DNA of 32,000 nt, taken from Candidatus Saccharimonadota bacterium. GTDB lineage: Bacteria; Patescibacteriota; Gracilibacteria; BD1-5; UBA6164. The notes under the pieces are model-generated. The model made no database searches. It worked only from the letters and a program-made list of their open reading frames with translations, and was not told the DNA's origin. Below, piece after piece: positions 9,018-19,580 of this stretch (the first letter of the stretch is position 1; each line of letters opens with the position of its first letter). Position numbers and translations under genes: made by a program. The stretch covers positions 690,001-722,000 of the forward strand of contig OZ245768.1 of the NCBI GenBank assembly GCA_965227835.1, written 5' to 3'.

Positions 9018-10307
9018 ATGAAAAAACTACTTTCAGTATTATTGCTGATTATGTATTTATGAATGATATTTGTTAAACAAATTGAAGCATCAGATGAAAA
9101 ATATTTTAGAGTAACAGCATACTACTCTCCCCTACCTGATCAAAAATATTATCTAAGATGAAATTATAAAAAAGAAATAAGAATGAACTGAAAATGAATC
9201 AGATGAGCTTCATGAAAAGAGGTATTCTCTGGTATGATTGCTGCACCCAAAAAATACAAATTTTGAACTAAAATATATCTTGAATGATTAGGTGTTTGAG
9301 AAGTAAGTGACAGATGATGAGCTATAGTTGAAGCATGAAAAAGAAACTTCAAACACGATAGATTAGATATATGGGTTTGATATGGTGATGAAGGTCTTAG
9401 AAGAGCTATGTATTGGTGAAATAGAGTAATAAAATGAAAAATAATAAATGAAAAAGAAAATATATCCATAGATTATAATAATATAAAATCACCTTATTGG
9501 ACAATCCATAAACTATCACAAAAAACAGAAAATATAAAAAACAAATGAAAATCAAACATTAACTCAATCAAAAAAACTAGTAAAATAGAACCTATAAAAC
9601 AAAAAAGTGAGTTTGAAATTTTCCTGGAAAAAGAGTTAAAAATATTTGAAAAAAAAATAAGTACAGAAAAACAAGTAGCCTTAATTCAAGAAAGTTTAAG
9701 TGATATGGATATGTATAGCTGAAAAATATCTTGAAAATACAAAGATATAATTGATACAATATACTATTATCAAATAGACAAAAAATTAATAAAAAATAAA
9801 TATGACAAAGCAGCCTGATATTTTGGACCTAAAACTAGACAGAACTTGAAGGAAGATTACAAAGAATATCTAATAAAAGAAAAAGAGAATGTAGAAAAAT
9901 TAGAACAGTTTGAAAAAGATATAGAAAATCTGAAAATTAAAGTTGAAAAAAAAGCCGATATATATATGAAACAAATATGAAGAGCCAAATTTTGAGATAT
10001 ATCAAATGGTGTTAGGAATCTACAAAAAGTATTAAAAAAACTATGATATTTCTCACACAAAGATACAGCTATATTTTGAGAAAAAACAAGAAAAGCTATA
10101 ATTTCATACCAACTAGAAAACAAAGTAATATCAAAAGTAGGAGAAATATGAACATGATATTTTTGACCTAAAACTAGAGAAAGCTTAAAACAAAAATTAA
10201 AAGAAAATTTCTTCTTGGAAGAATTAAACAAAAACCAAGAGTTGGCAAATTATTATAGAAACAAAAATCAAGAACTTGCAAAAGAATCTTGAAACTCTAA
10301 GCTATAA
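9018..10307 (+). CDS. Secreted 3D-domain protein with peptidoglycan-binding repeats, paralog 2
   Basis: 429 aa. Signal peptide MKKLLSVLLLIMYLGMIFVKQIEA. FRVTAYYSPLPDQKYY; RMNGKGIRGASG; DRGGAIVEAG; RLDIWVGYGDEGLRRAMYWG. Repeated GYFGPKTR motifs and LQKVLKKLGYF. TAA stop at 10305-10307. Confidence 0.87.
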
Positions 10308-11747
10308 ATTCTCCAAATCTCAAACAAGTACATATTTATCAATATCTTTTATTTTAACTTTTACTAAATCCCCTATATTTATTCAATCTCTTTTTGAGAA
10401 AAAAACTTCTTTAAAGTTTCTAGTTCTACCAAAAAATTGATCATCTTTTTCTCAAGATATTAATATCTCTTCTGTTTTACCAAGCATTTTGATATTCCTT
10501 TCTTTTATATTTTCAAGCAGTAAGTCATTTAAAATATGCCATCTTTCTGATTTAACCTGATTACTAATATTATCAGGATATATCTTTTCAGCTATAGTTC
10601 ATTTTCTGACAGAATACCTAGCATTATAAACAAAATCAAACTGACACTCCATGTATGCTTTTACAGTATCTTCAAACATACTCTCATCTTCTCAAGAAAA
10701 TCAAACTATTATATCCGTAGAAATAGAAAAACTAGGGTCTCTACCTCTCAAATATTCAAGCATTTTTTTGAAATCAACATAACTATGTTTTCTATTCATT
10801 CTTTTTAAAATTTGATCATTTCAAGATTGCAAAGCAAAATGTAGATAATTACAAGTCTTTTTTAAATCAAAATGTGCATCTAGTATGTCCTTGGTCATAT
10901 CATGAGGATTACTAGATGTAAATCTAATTCTATCAAGTCATTCTATTTTATCTAACTCTTCCAAAAGTACTCTAAAAGGTGATTTTTCCAAACCTTCATT
11001 CCATCTAGATTTTTCTTTATTCCAATATTTTTTTGATATAAACTCTTTACCGTAAGAATTTACATTTTGTCATAAAAGAGTTATTTCCTTTGCTCAATCT
11101 TTGACAGCAGTTTTTGCTTCTTTTATTATATCTTGCATATCTCTAGAAGCTTCTTTTCCCCTAGTTTGAGGAACAATACAAAAACTACAATAATTATCGC
11201 ATCAAGTTTGTATAATTATAACAGCTTGACTCGGGTTTTCTCTAAGTTGTTTTTGTTTTAAATAGTCATCAAAACTATGTTCTTTTCATATAGGTTCTCA
11301 AATGATATGGGTAAGCATAAAAGGAATATATTTTATATCCTCTATTCTAAAAACCATATCTATTTTATCTTTCAATCTAGGGAAAAGTTTGTCGTCATTA
11401 TTAAAAATCTCTTTTTGATTTTCCACCGTTTTTATACTTTTTGCTAGGTTTCTATCTCTAGATTTATCTTTCAAATATTTAGGATTCATTCATGTTTTTC
11501 TCACCATACATCAAGTAATTGCGCTAAGTATATTTTTATTTTTTTTATATTTATTAACTTCTTGTAAAAATCAAACCACCCTATCTTCTCATTTTTGTCT
11601 TACAGAACATGTATTTAATACTACCAGACTAGACTCTTTCCAATCTAGAGTTTTCACAAATCAAGACTGCAGTAAAATCATAGCTATTTTTTCACTATCG
11701 GCTTGATTCATAGCGCATCAAAAAGTCTGTAGAAAATATTTTCTCAT
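10302..11747 (-). CDS. miaB: tRNA methylthiotransferase MiaB (radical SAM with TRAM domain)
   Basis: 481 aa. [19 protein letters not shown] (UPF0004 domain). Radical-SAM motif [25 protein letters not shown]; C-terminal TRAM-like region. ATG at 11745-11747 lies 2 nt after the valS stop. Confidence 0.9.
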
Positions 11748-11749
11748 TT

Positions 11750-14446
11750 TTATAGTTTTTTGAATTTTTCTTCTAGTTTAAATAGTTTATCTTCTGCTGA
11801 TGCTTTTTTAGACATTTCAGCTCTTACAAGATGATCAGGAGCATTTCTCACGAAAGATTCATTTAATAATTTTTTGTCTAAAATAGATATATATTCTTTG
11901 GTATCAATTATTTTTTCTTTTAGCCTATCTTTTTCTTTCTCTATATCTAAGGCATTTGAAGTATCTACATATACCTCTATTCCATTTTTTATAATTCAGT
12001 AAGCCAGAGTATTATCTTCAGGTTTTTTATTTATTATTTCACAGCTGTCTGCTTTGACAATTCAAGCTATTATATCTATAGCTTCTGATAAAATTTGGGC
12101 ATTTTTATTCAAAGCATAAATCTTTAGTCAAATTGATTTATTTGGTCTTACATTATTTTCGGCTCTTAGATTTCTTACTTGTTTTATAATATCTATAACA
12201 AGTTTTTTATCTTTTTCTATATTTTCATTTCTAGAAACTTCCAAGTTTGGCCAACTAGAAATAACTAAATCTCATTTAAATCAAAGTTTTTTAAATATTT
12301 CTTCGGTTACAAAAGGGATATAAGGATGAAGAAGTTTTAATAAATTGTTTATTATATAAATAATAACATCTTCTCACATTTCTGACTCACTCAATTTAAA
12401 TTCTTCTATATAATAATCACAAAATTCGTTTTTAGTAAATGATTGAAGTTCTATTCCTCATTCAGAAAAGTTATAATTTTCCATATCCTCAGAAACAAGG
12501 CTAGAAAGATATTTAATTCTTGATAGAATCCATTTTTCATGAAATTTTAAATTTTCATAATTATCTATCAATTTTTTTTCTATATTTTCTATATCGTTTT
12601 GTGATATATTTCATTGTTTATACTTATCTAGTTTAGTGTAAACAAACCTAGATGCATTCCATAGTTTGTTTATGAAGGTAGAATTATTTTTTACATTTTC
12701 TTCATCAAATTTTAAGTCGTTTCAAGCTGTATTTCAAATACTTAGAGTCATCCTAAGAGCATCAGATGAATATTCATCAATCATATCCAAAGGATCTATA
12801 CCATTTCATAAAGATTTACTCATTTTTCTACCAAGTTTATCTCTAACTAATCAGTGAAAATATATTTTTTTAAAAGGTGTTTCTCAAGTAATTTCGTATC
12901 AAAACATAAGCATTCTAATAACCCAAAAAAATATTATATCATGTCATGTTTCAAGCATAGAGTTTGGATAAAATTTTTCGTAATCTTTTTGTTGCTTTTC
13001 TTTTCAAAAATCAAAATCAAGTATAGCTTGAGGCCATAAACCTGAGCTAAACCAAGTATCAAATACATCTGTTTCTCTTTCAAGTTCTACCTCTTTACCA
13101 TAAAAATCTTTGGCTTGTTTCTCTGCATTTTCCTGTGTTTCTCATACAAATATTTTATCATCTTGTTTTGAATACCAAACAGGTATTTGATGTCCCCAAA
13201 TCAATTGTCTAGATATACACCAATCTTTCATATTATATACCCATTCTTCAAAAGTTTTGTTGAATCTTTTTGGGATTATTTCAAAGTCTTTGGATTTATA
13301 TCAAGAGATAACTTTTTTTACTATTGATTCGACTTTTATAAACCATTGTTTTGAAATAACAGTTTCAAGTCTAGTATTCCCTCTTTCAGAGTACATAACT
13401 CTTGAAATATGATCTTCTGATTTTAAGAGATTTCATTTAGATCTCAAAAGTTCAACTATATTCTCACGAGCCATTTTATAATTTTGTCAGGAAAATATTC
13501 AAGCCAACTCGGTCATATCACCTTTTTTATCTATAACAACTATATTAAGTGGCAAGTTATGTCTTTTTGCCATATAAAAATCACTAGCATCATGGGCTGG
13601 AGTTATTTTTACAGCTCATGTTCAAAAATCCATATCTACTTCCTCATCAGCTATAATAGGTATTTCTTTATTTACAATAGGAAGTATTAAGGTTTTACCT
13701 GATCTAAGTAATTTTTTATATCTCTTATCTTTGGGGTTTACTGCGACAGCTACATCTCAAAGAAGTGTTTCTGGACGAGTTGTTGCTATTACCACTTCAT
13801 TATCACTTCCAGAAACAAAATAGTTTATATAATAAAGTTTTCATTTTTCTTCTTTGTACTTAACCTCTTGATCAGAAACTACCGTTTCAAGTACAGGGTC
13901 ATAATTTACCATATATTCTCATCTATATACAAGTCATTTATTGTATAAATCTACAAATACCTTATTAACAAGTTTGTTTGTTCCCTCATCCATAGCAAAC
14001 CTTTCTCTTGTCCAATCACAGCTTGCTCACATACTTCTAAGTTGATCATTTATTAAACCTCAATATTTTTCTGTCCATTTCCAGCATTCTTTTAAAAATT
14101 CTTCTCTAGGCATTGTTTTTTTTGTTTTTCAAATACCTTTCATTTTTTCTTCAACTTTAAGTTCAGTTGCTATAGAAGCATGATCTGTTCAAGGAATCCA
14201 AAGGGTTTCATCTCATTTCATTCTATGATATCTGATCATAATATCTTCAAGTGTAGTCATAATTGCATGTCATAAATGCAGTTTTCAGGTTACATTGGGT
14301 GGTGGCATAGAAATACAATAGGTATTTCAGGTTCATCTGTCTTTAGGTTTAAAAAAATCAGATTTTTCCCATATTTTGTAGATTTTATCCTCAAAGTCTT
14401 TTGGATAATATTTTTTGGGAAAATCTGTAGTTGGAGTAGTTTGCAT
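11750..14446 (-). CDS. valS: Valine--tRNA ligase
   Basis: 898 aa, continuous with TGA=Gly. MPPPNVTGKLHLGH (the Gly in HLGH is TGA at 14270-14272), [23 protein letters not shown]-terminal coiled coil. TAA stop at 11750-11752. Confidence 0.95.
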
Positions 14447-14554
14447 TTTTAAAATTAATTATTGATTTATAGATAAGAAGAATATATATATAAACTAAAA
14501 AAAGTAAATCAAAATTGAAGTTTTTAGGGATTTTTGATAAAATCTTAAATTAAT

Positions 14555-14582
14555 TTGACAAAATATGATAAAAGTTTATAAT
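14555..14582 (+). promoter_or_regulatory. Consensus sigma70 promoter TTGACA-16-TATAAT
   Basis: TTGACA at 14555-14560 and TATAAT at 14577-14582, read directly. About 100 nt upstream of ATG 14684. Confidence 0.6.
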
Positions 14583-14683
14583 CTCAATACAAGATCTGTA
14601 AAAGGTCTATCTTTAATAACCTTTTAACTTAAATGATAGACCTATACAATTTTGTTGGTCTGTCAAAACTCTGGAGATATTTT

Positions 14684-15034
14684 ATGAACATTTCTAAATT
14701 ATACAGCCTATTACCAGGGATAATTCTAGTAATTGCGCTAAGTCTTTGTGTAGTTTTTTACATGTTAGACCAGTATAAAATTGCAGCATATTTTGGCATA
14801 GTAGGTTCAATTATGTGGTTGATTTGGTTTTTTAAATCAATTGAACCTAAATACATAGCGTCAAATAAAATAGTTATTATAGCACTTTCTGTTTCTGGAA
14901 TACTTATACTTTTTAGTATTATAAATTTGATAAGTAATCATTGGGATTACTCATTAGTTCTTTCTATTATAGCTAATATAATAATAATGATCACATTTAA
15001 TTCAAGTATGAAAAAAATAGATATGTGAGTTTAA
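14684..15034 (+). CDS. Small 4-TM membrane protein, function unknown (TGA-free body)
   Basis: Start ATG 14684 is preceded by GGAG at 14673-14676; the in-frame upstream ATG 14633 lacks an SD. All 4 internal Gly are GGN. The first TGA (15026-15028) is read as Gly, then GTT TAA, giving a C-terminus of ..IDMGV. A terminator follows. Confidence 0.7.
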
Positions 15035-15048
15035 AACAGACTAGTAAA

Positions 15049-15076
15049 AGAAGGACCTTAAAAGGTCCTTCTTTTT
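15049..15076 (+). terminator. Rho-independent terminator
   Basis: AGAAGGACC-TTAAAA-GGTCCTTCT followed by TTTT. Confidence 0.7.
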
Positions 15077-15192
15077 GGTATTTAGAGCTTTAATTATAGT
15101 GGTAAATTAATGTAACAAATCTAAAAAAATTTACTTTTAAAATTTTTTATTAAAATATTAACCACATTTTTAATTTATTAAGAAATAAAACT

Positions 15193-15561
15193 ATGAAAAA
15201 ATTTAAAGATGTACTAAAAATAACATGAATCCCTGTGCTTTTTGCTTCTATGTGTTGTCTATCCCCCCTATTGTTATTCGTTTTTTGATTATGAAGTCTT
15301 AGTTTTGTAAGTTCCCTAGCAGACACCTTTTATTGAGACTATAAATGGTATTTTAGATGATTTGGACTGTCTCTATTAGCCTTATCTCTTGTTATATACT
15401 TTAGAAGTAAATGAATATGTTCGCTAGATAAAATAAAAAGAGAAAAAAATAAAATAATAAATACTATACTCTTATCTGTTTTTGTATGAGTAATATGATA
15501 TATATTTTTCCTATATGTAGTAGTTCACTATGCATGAGTATTTCTAAAAATATGGGAATAA
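15193..15561 (+). CDS. Small membrane protein with a Cys-Cys pair in TM1 (MerT/MerF-like topology; function uncertain)
   Basis: 122 aa: MKKFKDVLKITGIPVLFASMCCLSPLLLFVFGLGSL... 9 of 10 Gly codons are TGA. TAA stop at 15559-15561. Confidence 0.65.
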
Positions 15562-15600
15562 AAATTAAATATAAATAATTATAAATTAACCAAAAATAGT

Positions 15601-15831
15601 ATGGCAAAAACCTATATAGAATGATCAAGCTGTAAAGCTATAAATTGACAATATTGAGAGTTTTTTAACATTAGTTTCAATTTAGAAAAATTACAGCAAT
15701 ATGCTAATGAAAAAGGATATGTAAATTTAACTATGAGTAAAAGAAGAGAAGTTGGGCAATATTGAGAAACACATTATTTTACCTTGAATGAATATAATCC
15801 AGAAAGAAGTGAAGAAGGAACTGAACAGTAA
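15601..15831 (+). CDS. Hypothetical small protein (76 aa)
   Basis: MAKTYIEGSSCKAINGQYGEFFNISFNLEKLQQYANEKGYVNLTMSKRREVGQYGETHYFTLNEYNPERSEEGTEQ. Four TGA=Gly codons, three in the context (S/N/Q-Y)-G. No family recognised with certainty. Confidence 0.55.
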
Positions 15832-15870
15832 AAAATATAGAAAACTAAAAAATTTTTCTAAAAAATAAAA

Positions 15871-16569
15871 ATGGAATTAAAATCTTTTACTAGGAGATGA
15901 GACACATCAAAAAAAAGGAAAGATACAATGTTATCTCCAAAAAGTAACTCAAAAAAGAAGAAAAAAGTGCAGGAATTCAAAAAGCATGACAAATATTTTT
16001 TCAAAGCTAAATCTGAAAATTATAGGGCTAGAAGTGTATATAAATTGATAGAAATACAAGAAAAATTTAATATAATTAAACCTAAAATGAATATATGTGA
16101 TATATGAGCAGCACCTTGAAGTTTTATACAATTTATCAAGAAAGTAATAAAAGATAGTGGAATAATAGTTTGAATAGATTTAAAAAAAATAGATGAGTAT
16201 TCACAAAAAAATATACATCTAATAAAACACTGTTTATTTGAATATGAAAGCTTAAAACCAAAAGTAGAAGAAATAATTTGAACCTGAAATAAATTTGACT
16301 TGATTACCAGTGACATTGCACCAAATACTTCTTGAAGAAAAGATTTAGACCAATTTGCATCAGTTGAACTCAATATGAAGATACTTGATTTTGCTGATTT
16401 TTTTTTGAAAAAATGATGAAATATAATTTTGAAAGTGTTTAAATGAGGAGATTTTTATCACTTAGTAAAAATTATTAAAAATAAATATGAAACTTTTACA
16501 GAATATAAACCAAAAGCATGTAGAGATAGAAGTTTTGAAGAGTATATTGTCTGTTTTAATAAAAAGTAA
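15871..16569 (+). CDS. rlmE: 23S rRNA 2'-O-ribose methyltransferase RlmE/FtsJ
   Basis: 232 aa. [37 protein letters not shown] (SAM-binding motif I with TGA=Gly), DLITSDIAPNTSG, ILKVFKGGDF. Confidence 0.88.
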
Positions 16570-16614
16570 ATGAAAAGTAAAATATGAGTTTAAGAAATTC
16601 TTTGAAATTTTTAT

Positions 16615-16642
16615 TTGACAAATAATTGTAAAATTCTATAGT
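16615..16642 (+). promoter_or_regulatory. Sigma70-like promoter TTGACA-16-TATAGT
   Basis: TTGACA at 16615-16620 and TATAGT at 16637-16642, about 30 nt before ATG 16674. Confidence 0.4.
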
Positions 16643-16673
16643 AGGAAAACTTTATAATTTAAATTAATTAAAA

Positions 16674-17105
16674 ATGTCATTAAACATATATTTATATCCT
16701 AAATTTCCTACATGGGAAGTTTACTCAAAAGAAATTAATGATGGTGTTGAAGATGTAAAAGATTTAACAAGAAATATTTTACCTGATGATGAAATAATAG
16801 ATGCCTCTGAAATTAACATTACTGCTAATATGGTAAAAATGGCTCAAGAAGTTAAGATTCTTTGAACGGACCTGTATTCTTTATTATGGTTAAAAAAGTG
16901 AAATAGTGGTTTTATAAATGAAGCAGGAAAAATGGTTAAATATTTAGAAGAAGCATTAGTATTTATGGAAAATAACAGAGAAAAATTATATAAATATAAC
17001 CCTAAAAACTGATGGTGAGATTATGACGGTTTGCTATACTGTGTAAAAAGATACAAGGAAAATTGTATGAAATTCCCTACAGCTTTGATTCATACTACAT
17101 ATTAA
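16674..17105 (+). CDS. Hypothetical protein (143 aa) with NIT.NM..MA and NP.NGWGDY motifs
   Basis: Track ORF 16674..16865 continues through TGA: ...VKILGTDLYSLLWLKKGNSGFINEAGKMVKYLEEALVFMENNREKLYKYNPKNGWGDYDGLLYCVKRYKENCMKFPTALIHTTY. Followed by a strong terminator. Confidence 0.65.
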
Positions 17106-17120
17106 ATTTTTATGTATTAA

Positions 17121-17162
17121 AAATCCTAAAAAATCATCATTGATTTTTTAGGATTTTTTTTA
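17121..17162 (+). terminator. Rho-independent terminator
   Basis: 16-bp stem AAATCCTAAAAAATCA / TGATTTTTTAGGATTT with loop TCAT, followed by a T-run. Confidence 0.7.
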
Positions 17163-17235
17163 AAATTAAAAAGTAATATTTTACCTAGAAGCTTTTAAAT
17201 AAAAGTTGCTAACATTAATTATAATTTTAAAGTAA

Positions 17236-17817
17236 ATGAAAAGCAAAAAAGGAACATTAATTATAGACTGAAAAAAAATAAATTTTGAAAAAAGATATTC
17301 ACCAAGAGCAAAAAATATTAGAATATCTATAAACTCTGAATATAAAGTAATACTGATAATACCAAAATGACCTTTCCAAATATTTAAAGATGTTATGGAA
17401 AAAAAAGCTATAAAATTCTTGGAACAAAAATCAAGCTGGGTGATAAAAAATATTGAAAAATCAAAACAAAAATTAAATCCAAATACTAAAATAGAATCAA
17501 GATCACATTATCTAAAACATAAAAAAGATGCAGAAATACTTTGTGAAGAAAAATGCAAATTTTGGTCAAAAAAAATGTGATTAAAATACAATAGAATTTG
17601 TATAAAATCAATGAAAACAAAGTGGGGTAGCTGTAGTTCTAAAAAAAACCTAAATTTCAACTACAAAATATTATTTCTAAAACCAGAAGAACAAAACTAC
17701 CTTGTAGTACATGAATTGTCTCACTTAAAACATATGAATCATTCAAAAAATTTTTGGGATCTAGTATGTAAAACTCTAGAAAATGAAAAATTTAGAAAAT
17801 ATAAAATCTTAAATTAA
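17236..17817 (+). CDS. YgjP-like metal-dependent hydrolase (DUF45/M48 family)
   Basis: 193 aa joining track ORFs 17395..17580 and 17611..17817 through TGA. MKTKWGSCSSKKNLNFNYKILFLKPEEQNYLVVHELSHLKHMNHSKNFW (HExxH zinc motif). Confidence 0.85.
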
Positions 17818-17823
17818 AAAACC

Positions 17824-18756
17824 ATGGAAATAATAATTTGGATAACTGCTTTAATTTTATCACTTTTTATATTAGTAAAATCAGCAGATTACTTCACTCT
17901 AGGAGCAGAAAACTTTTGACTATATTTTTGAATGTCATCTTTTGTTGTATGAGCTACAATAGTAGCCATATGATGATCAACCCCAGAATTAGCAACATCC
18001 CTTATAGCAGCAATACAATGACAAAAAGAGTTTGCAATTGATAATGTGGTAGGTTCAAATATAGCAAATACAATGCTTATTTGAGGTATATTGTGAATAT
18101 TTGTCTGAACTCTAAAAGTAAGAAAAAAATTAATAAATATAGACCTTCCTTTCTTTTTTATGTCTAGCAGTTTATTTATTTTATTTATAATAGACGGAGT
18201 ATTTACATGGAAAGAATGAATAATAAGCCTTTTTACTCTTTTAGTATTTATACTTTATACATTATCAGATAAAGAAAAAACAAAGGATGAGAAAAAAGAA
18301 AATACTGAATTTAAACCTATATGGATTACATATATAGTGTTGTGAGTAATAGGTATATTTTTTGGAGCAAAATATACAATAACTTCCGTTGATAAACTAT
18401 GAACCTTACTAAATATACCTTCATCTATAATTACTATTATAGCTGTAGCAATAGGTACTTCTCTACCTGAACTTGTAATATCTTTGAGAACTGCTTTAAA
18501 ATGAAAACATTCTATAGCACTTTGAAATATATTTTGATCAAATACATTTAACTCACTGGCAGTAGTATGAGTACCTTCTCTCTTCACAGATTTGATGATC
18601 TCTGAAACAGTAGTAAAATACTGAATTTCTTTCCTTATAGTCTCAACTCTAGCATTTATTTTTACCACACATGACAACAAAATTCAAAGATGGGAATGAA
18701 TATGCCTTTTAATCCTATATTTTGTTTTTATTTTGAGAATCGTGGAATTAATATAA
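17824..18756 (+). CDS. Ca2+/Na+ antiporter (CaCA family, YrbG-like)
   Basis: 310 aa. Two alpha-repeats GGSTPELATSL...VVGSNIANT and GTSLPELVISL...GNIFGSNTFN. About 10 TM segments. Many TGA=Gly codons. Confidence 0.9.
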
Positions 18757-18772
18757 AAAACTTTACATTTAT

Positions 18773-18801
18773 TTGAATTTAAAGGAAAAATATATTATAA
18801 T
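18773..18801 (+). promoter_or_regulatory. Sigma70-like promoter TTGAAT-17-TATAAT
   Basis: TTGAAT at 18773-18778 and TATAAT at 18796-18801, upstream of ATG 18836. Confidence 0.45.
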
Positions 18802-18835
18802 TATTTCATACTTTATTTTTTATAATATTTTAAAT

Positions 18836-19339
18836 ATGAATATTAACAAGCAAATAAATACTAATTTAAAATTTTCAGATAGTTTAGACAAAATATATGA
18901 TCTTATAAACGAACCTATTGATAATAATGAAATATCAGATATTGATTACTCAGCTTTTTATATTAACCTATTTAAATTAGCTTTGGATTATATAACAGAA
19001 AATCAAGATAAACATGATTTAAATAATACAGCAAGAGAAATGTTTGAAATTGGTAATAATCCAAAAAGAATCCTTAAAGAAAGCACTATTTATAATGGTA
19101 GAAAAGAAATCTTAATGTCATTTTGAGAAAAAGATAATAAAGGGGTAATTAATGTTGTAGATTTAACAAAACCTTCTACTAGAGAAAAAATTATAGAGTC
19201 CTTAAAAAAACAAATAAATAAAGAAGCTTGAGAAATTAAAAAATATCTAAATATTTATAGAGATAGAACTGGGCAAATTTTAGATATCACAACGATAAAA
19301 TGACTTAGAGGATATGATCATCTTCTTAAACAAAATTAA
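18836..19339 (+). CDS. Hypothetical protein (167 aa)
   Basis: MNINKQINTNLKFSDSLDKIYDLINEP... continues through TGA at 19124-19126 to ...LRGYDHLLKQN and TAA at 19337-19339. The track start at 18773 is a TTG inside the promoter, so ATG 18836 is preferred. Confidence 0.6.
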
Positions 19340-19377
19340 ATTGTAACTATTTCATACTTTACTTTTTATAATTAAAT

Positions 19378-19554
19378 ATGGGTATCAAAATAAAAGAGTT
19401 ATGATATGATATGATATGATCCGATAGATTTAACAGAATATGATATGATCCGATAGATTTAACAGAAACTTCTAATAGAGCAGTAACTATAGAGACTTTA
19501 AAATTACAGATAAAAAGAGAAAGAAATAAAGACCCAATAGATATTATAAAGTAA
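19378..19554 (+). pseudogene. Short ORF (58 aa) with the same leader as the upstream gene and weak similarity to part of it (residues about 126-150 of 167); possibly a truncated paralog or phase-variable gene
   Basis: MGIKIKELGYDMIGSDRFNRIGYDPIDLTETSNRAVTIETLKLQIKRERNKDPIDIIK. PIDLTETSNRAVTIETLKLQIKRE weakly resembles VVDLTKPSTREKIIESLKKQINKE of 18836..19339. About 27 nt upstream are nearly identical to 18802-18826. Confidence 0.35.
19401..19467. repeat. (ATGAT)x4 pentanucleotide tract followed by a 29-bp perfect tandem duplication
   Basis: 19401-19420 is ATGAT x4. The unit ATATGATATGATCCGATAGATTTAACAGA occurs at 19409-19437 and 19438-19466 (CCGATAG at 19421 and 19450, period 29). Confidence 0.85.
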
Positions 19555-19559
19555 TATAA

Positions 19560-19580
19560 AAAGCCTCATAATGAGGCTTT
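19560..19580. terminator. Bidirectional terminator hairpin between convergent genes
   Basis: AAAGCCTC-ATAAT-GAGGCTTT, flanked by an A-run on the left and a T-run on the right. Confidence 0.6.

Noticed and set aside
8134-10231. Track ORFs 8134..8388, 8443..8712, 9164..9469 and 9857..10231 on the minus strand (Leu/Phe-rich proteins).
   Set aside because: They are antisense shadow ORFs of the two 3D-domain genes. Their composition is low-complexity and mirrors the Lys/Glu-rich sense strand, and they have no start context or homology.
12666-13690. Plus-strand track ORFs 12666..12857, 12854..13039 and 13484..13690.
   Set aside because: They are antisense to valS, whose frame is continuous and motif-rich.
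14633-14683. ATG 14633 as the start of the membrane-protein gene, as in the ORF track.
   Set aside because: It has no SD and lies inside the 9-bp leader stem. ATG 14684 has GGAG 7 nt upstream and begins directly at the first TM segment. The upstream start remains possible.
15949-18680. Track ORFs 15949..16131 (-), 16020..16373 (-), 17838..18041 (+) and 18255..18680 (-).
   Set aside because: They are antisense to or out of frame with rlmE and the CaCA antiporter. The true frames carry the family motifs.
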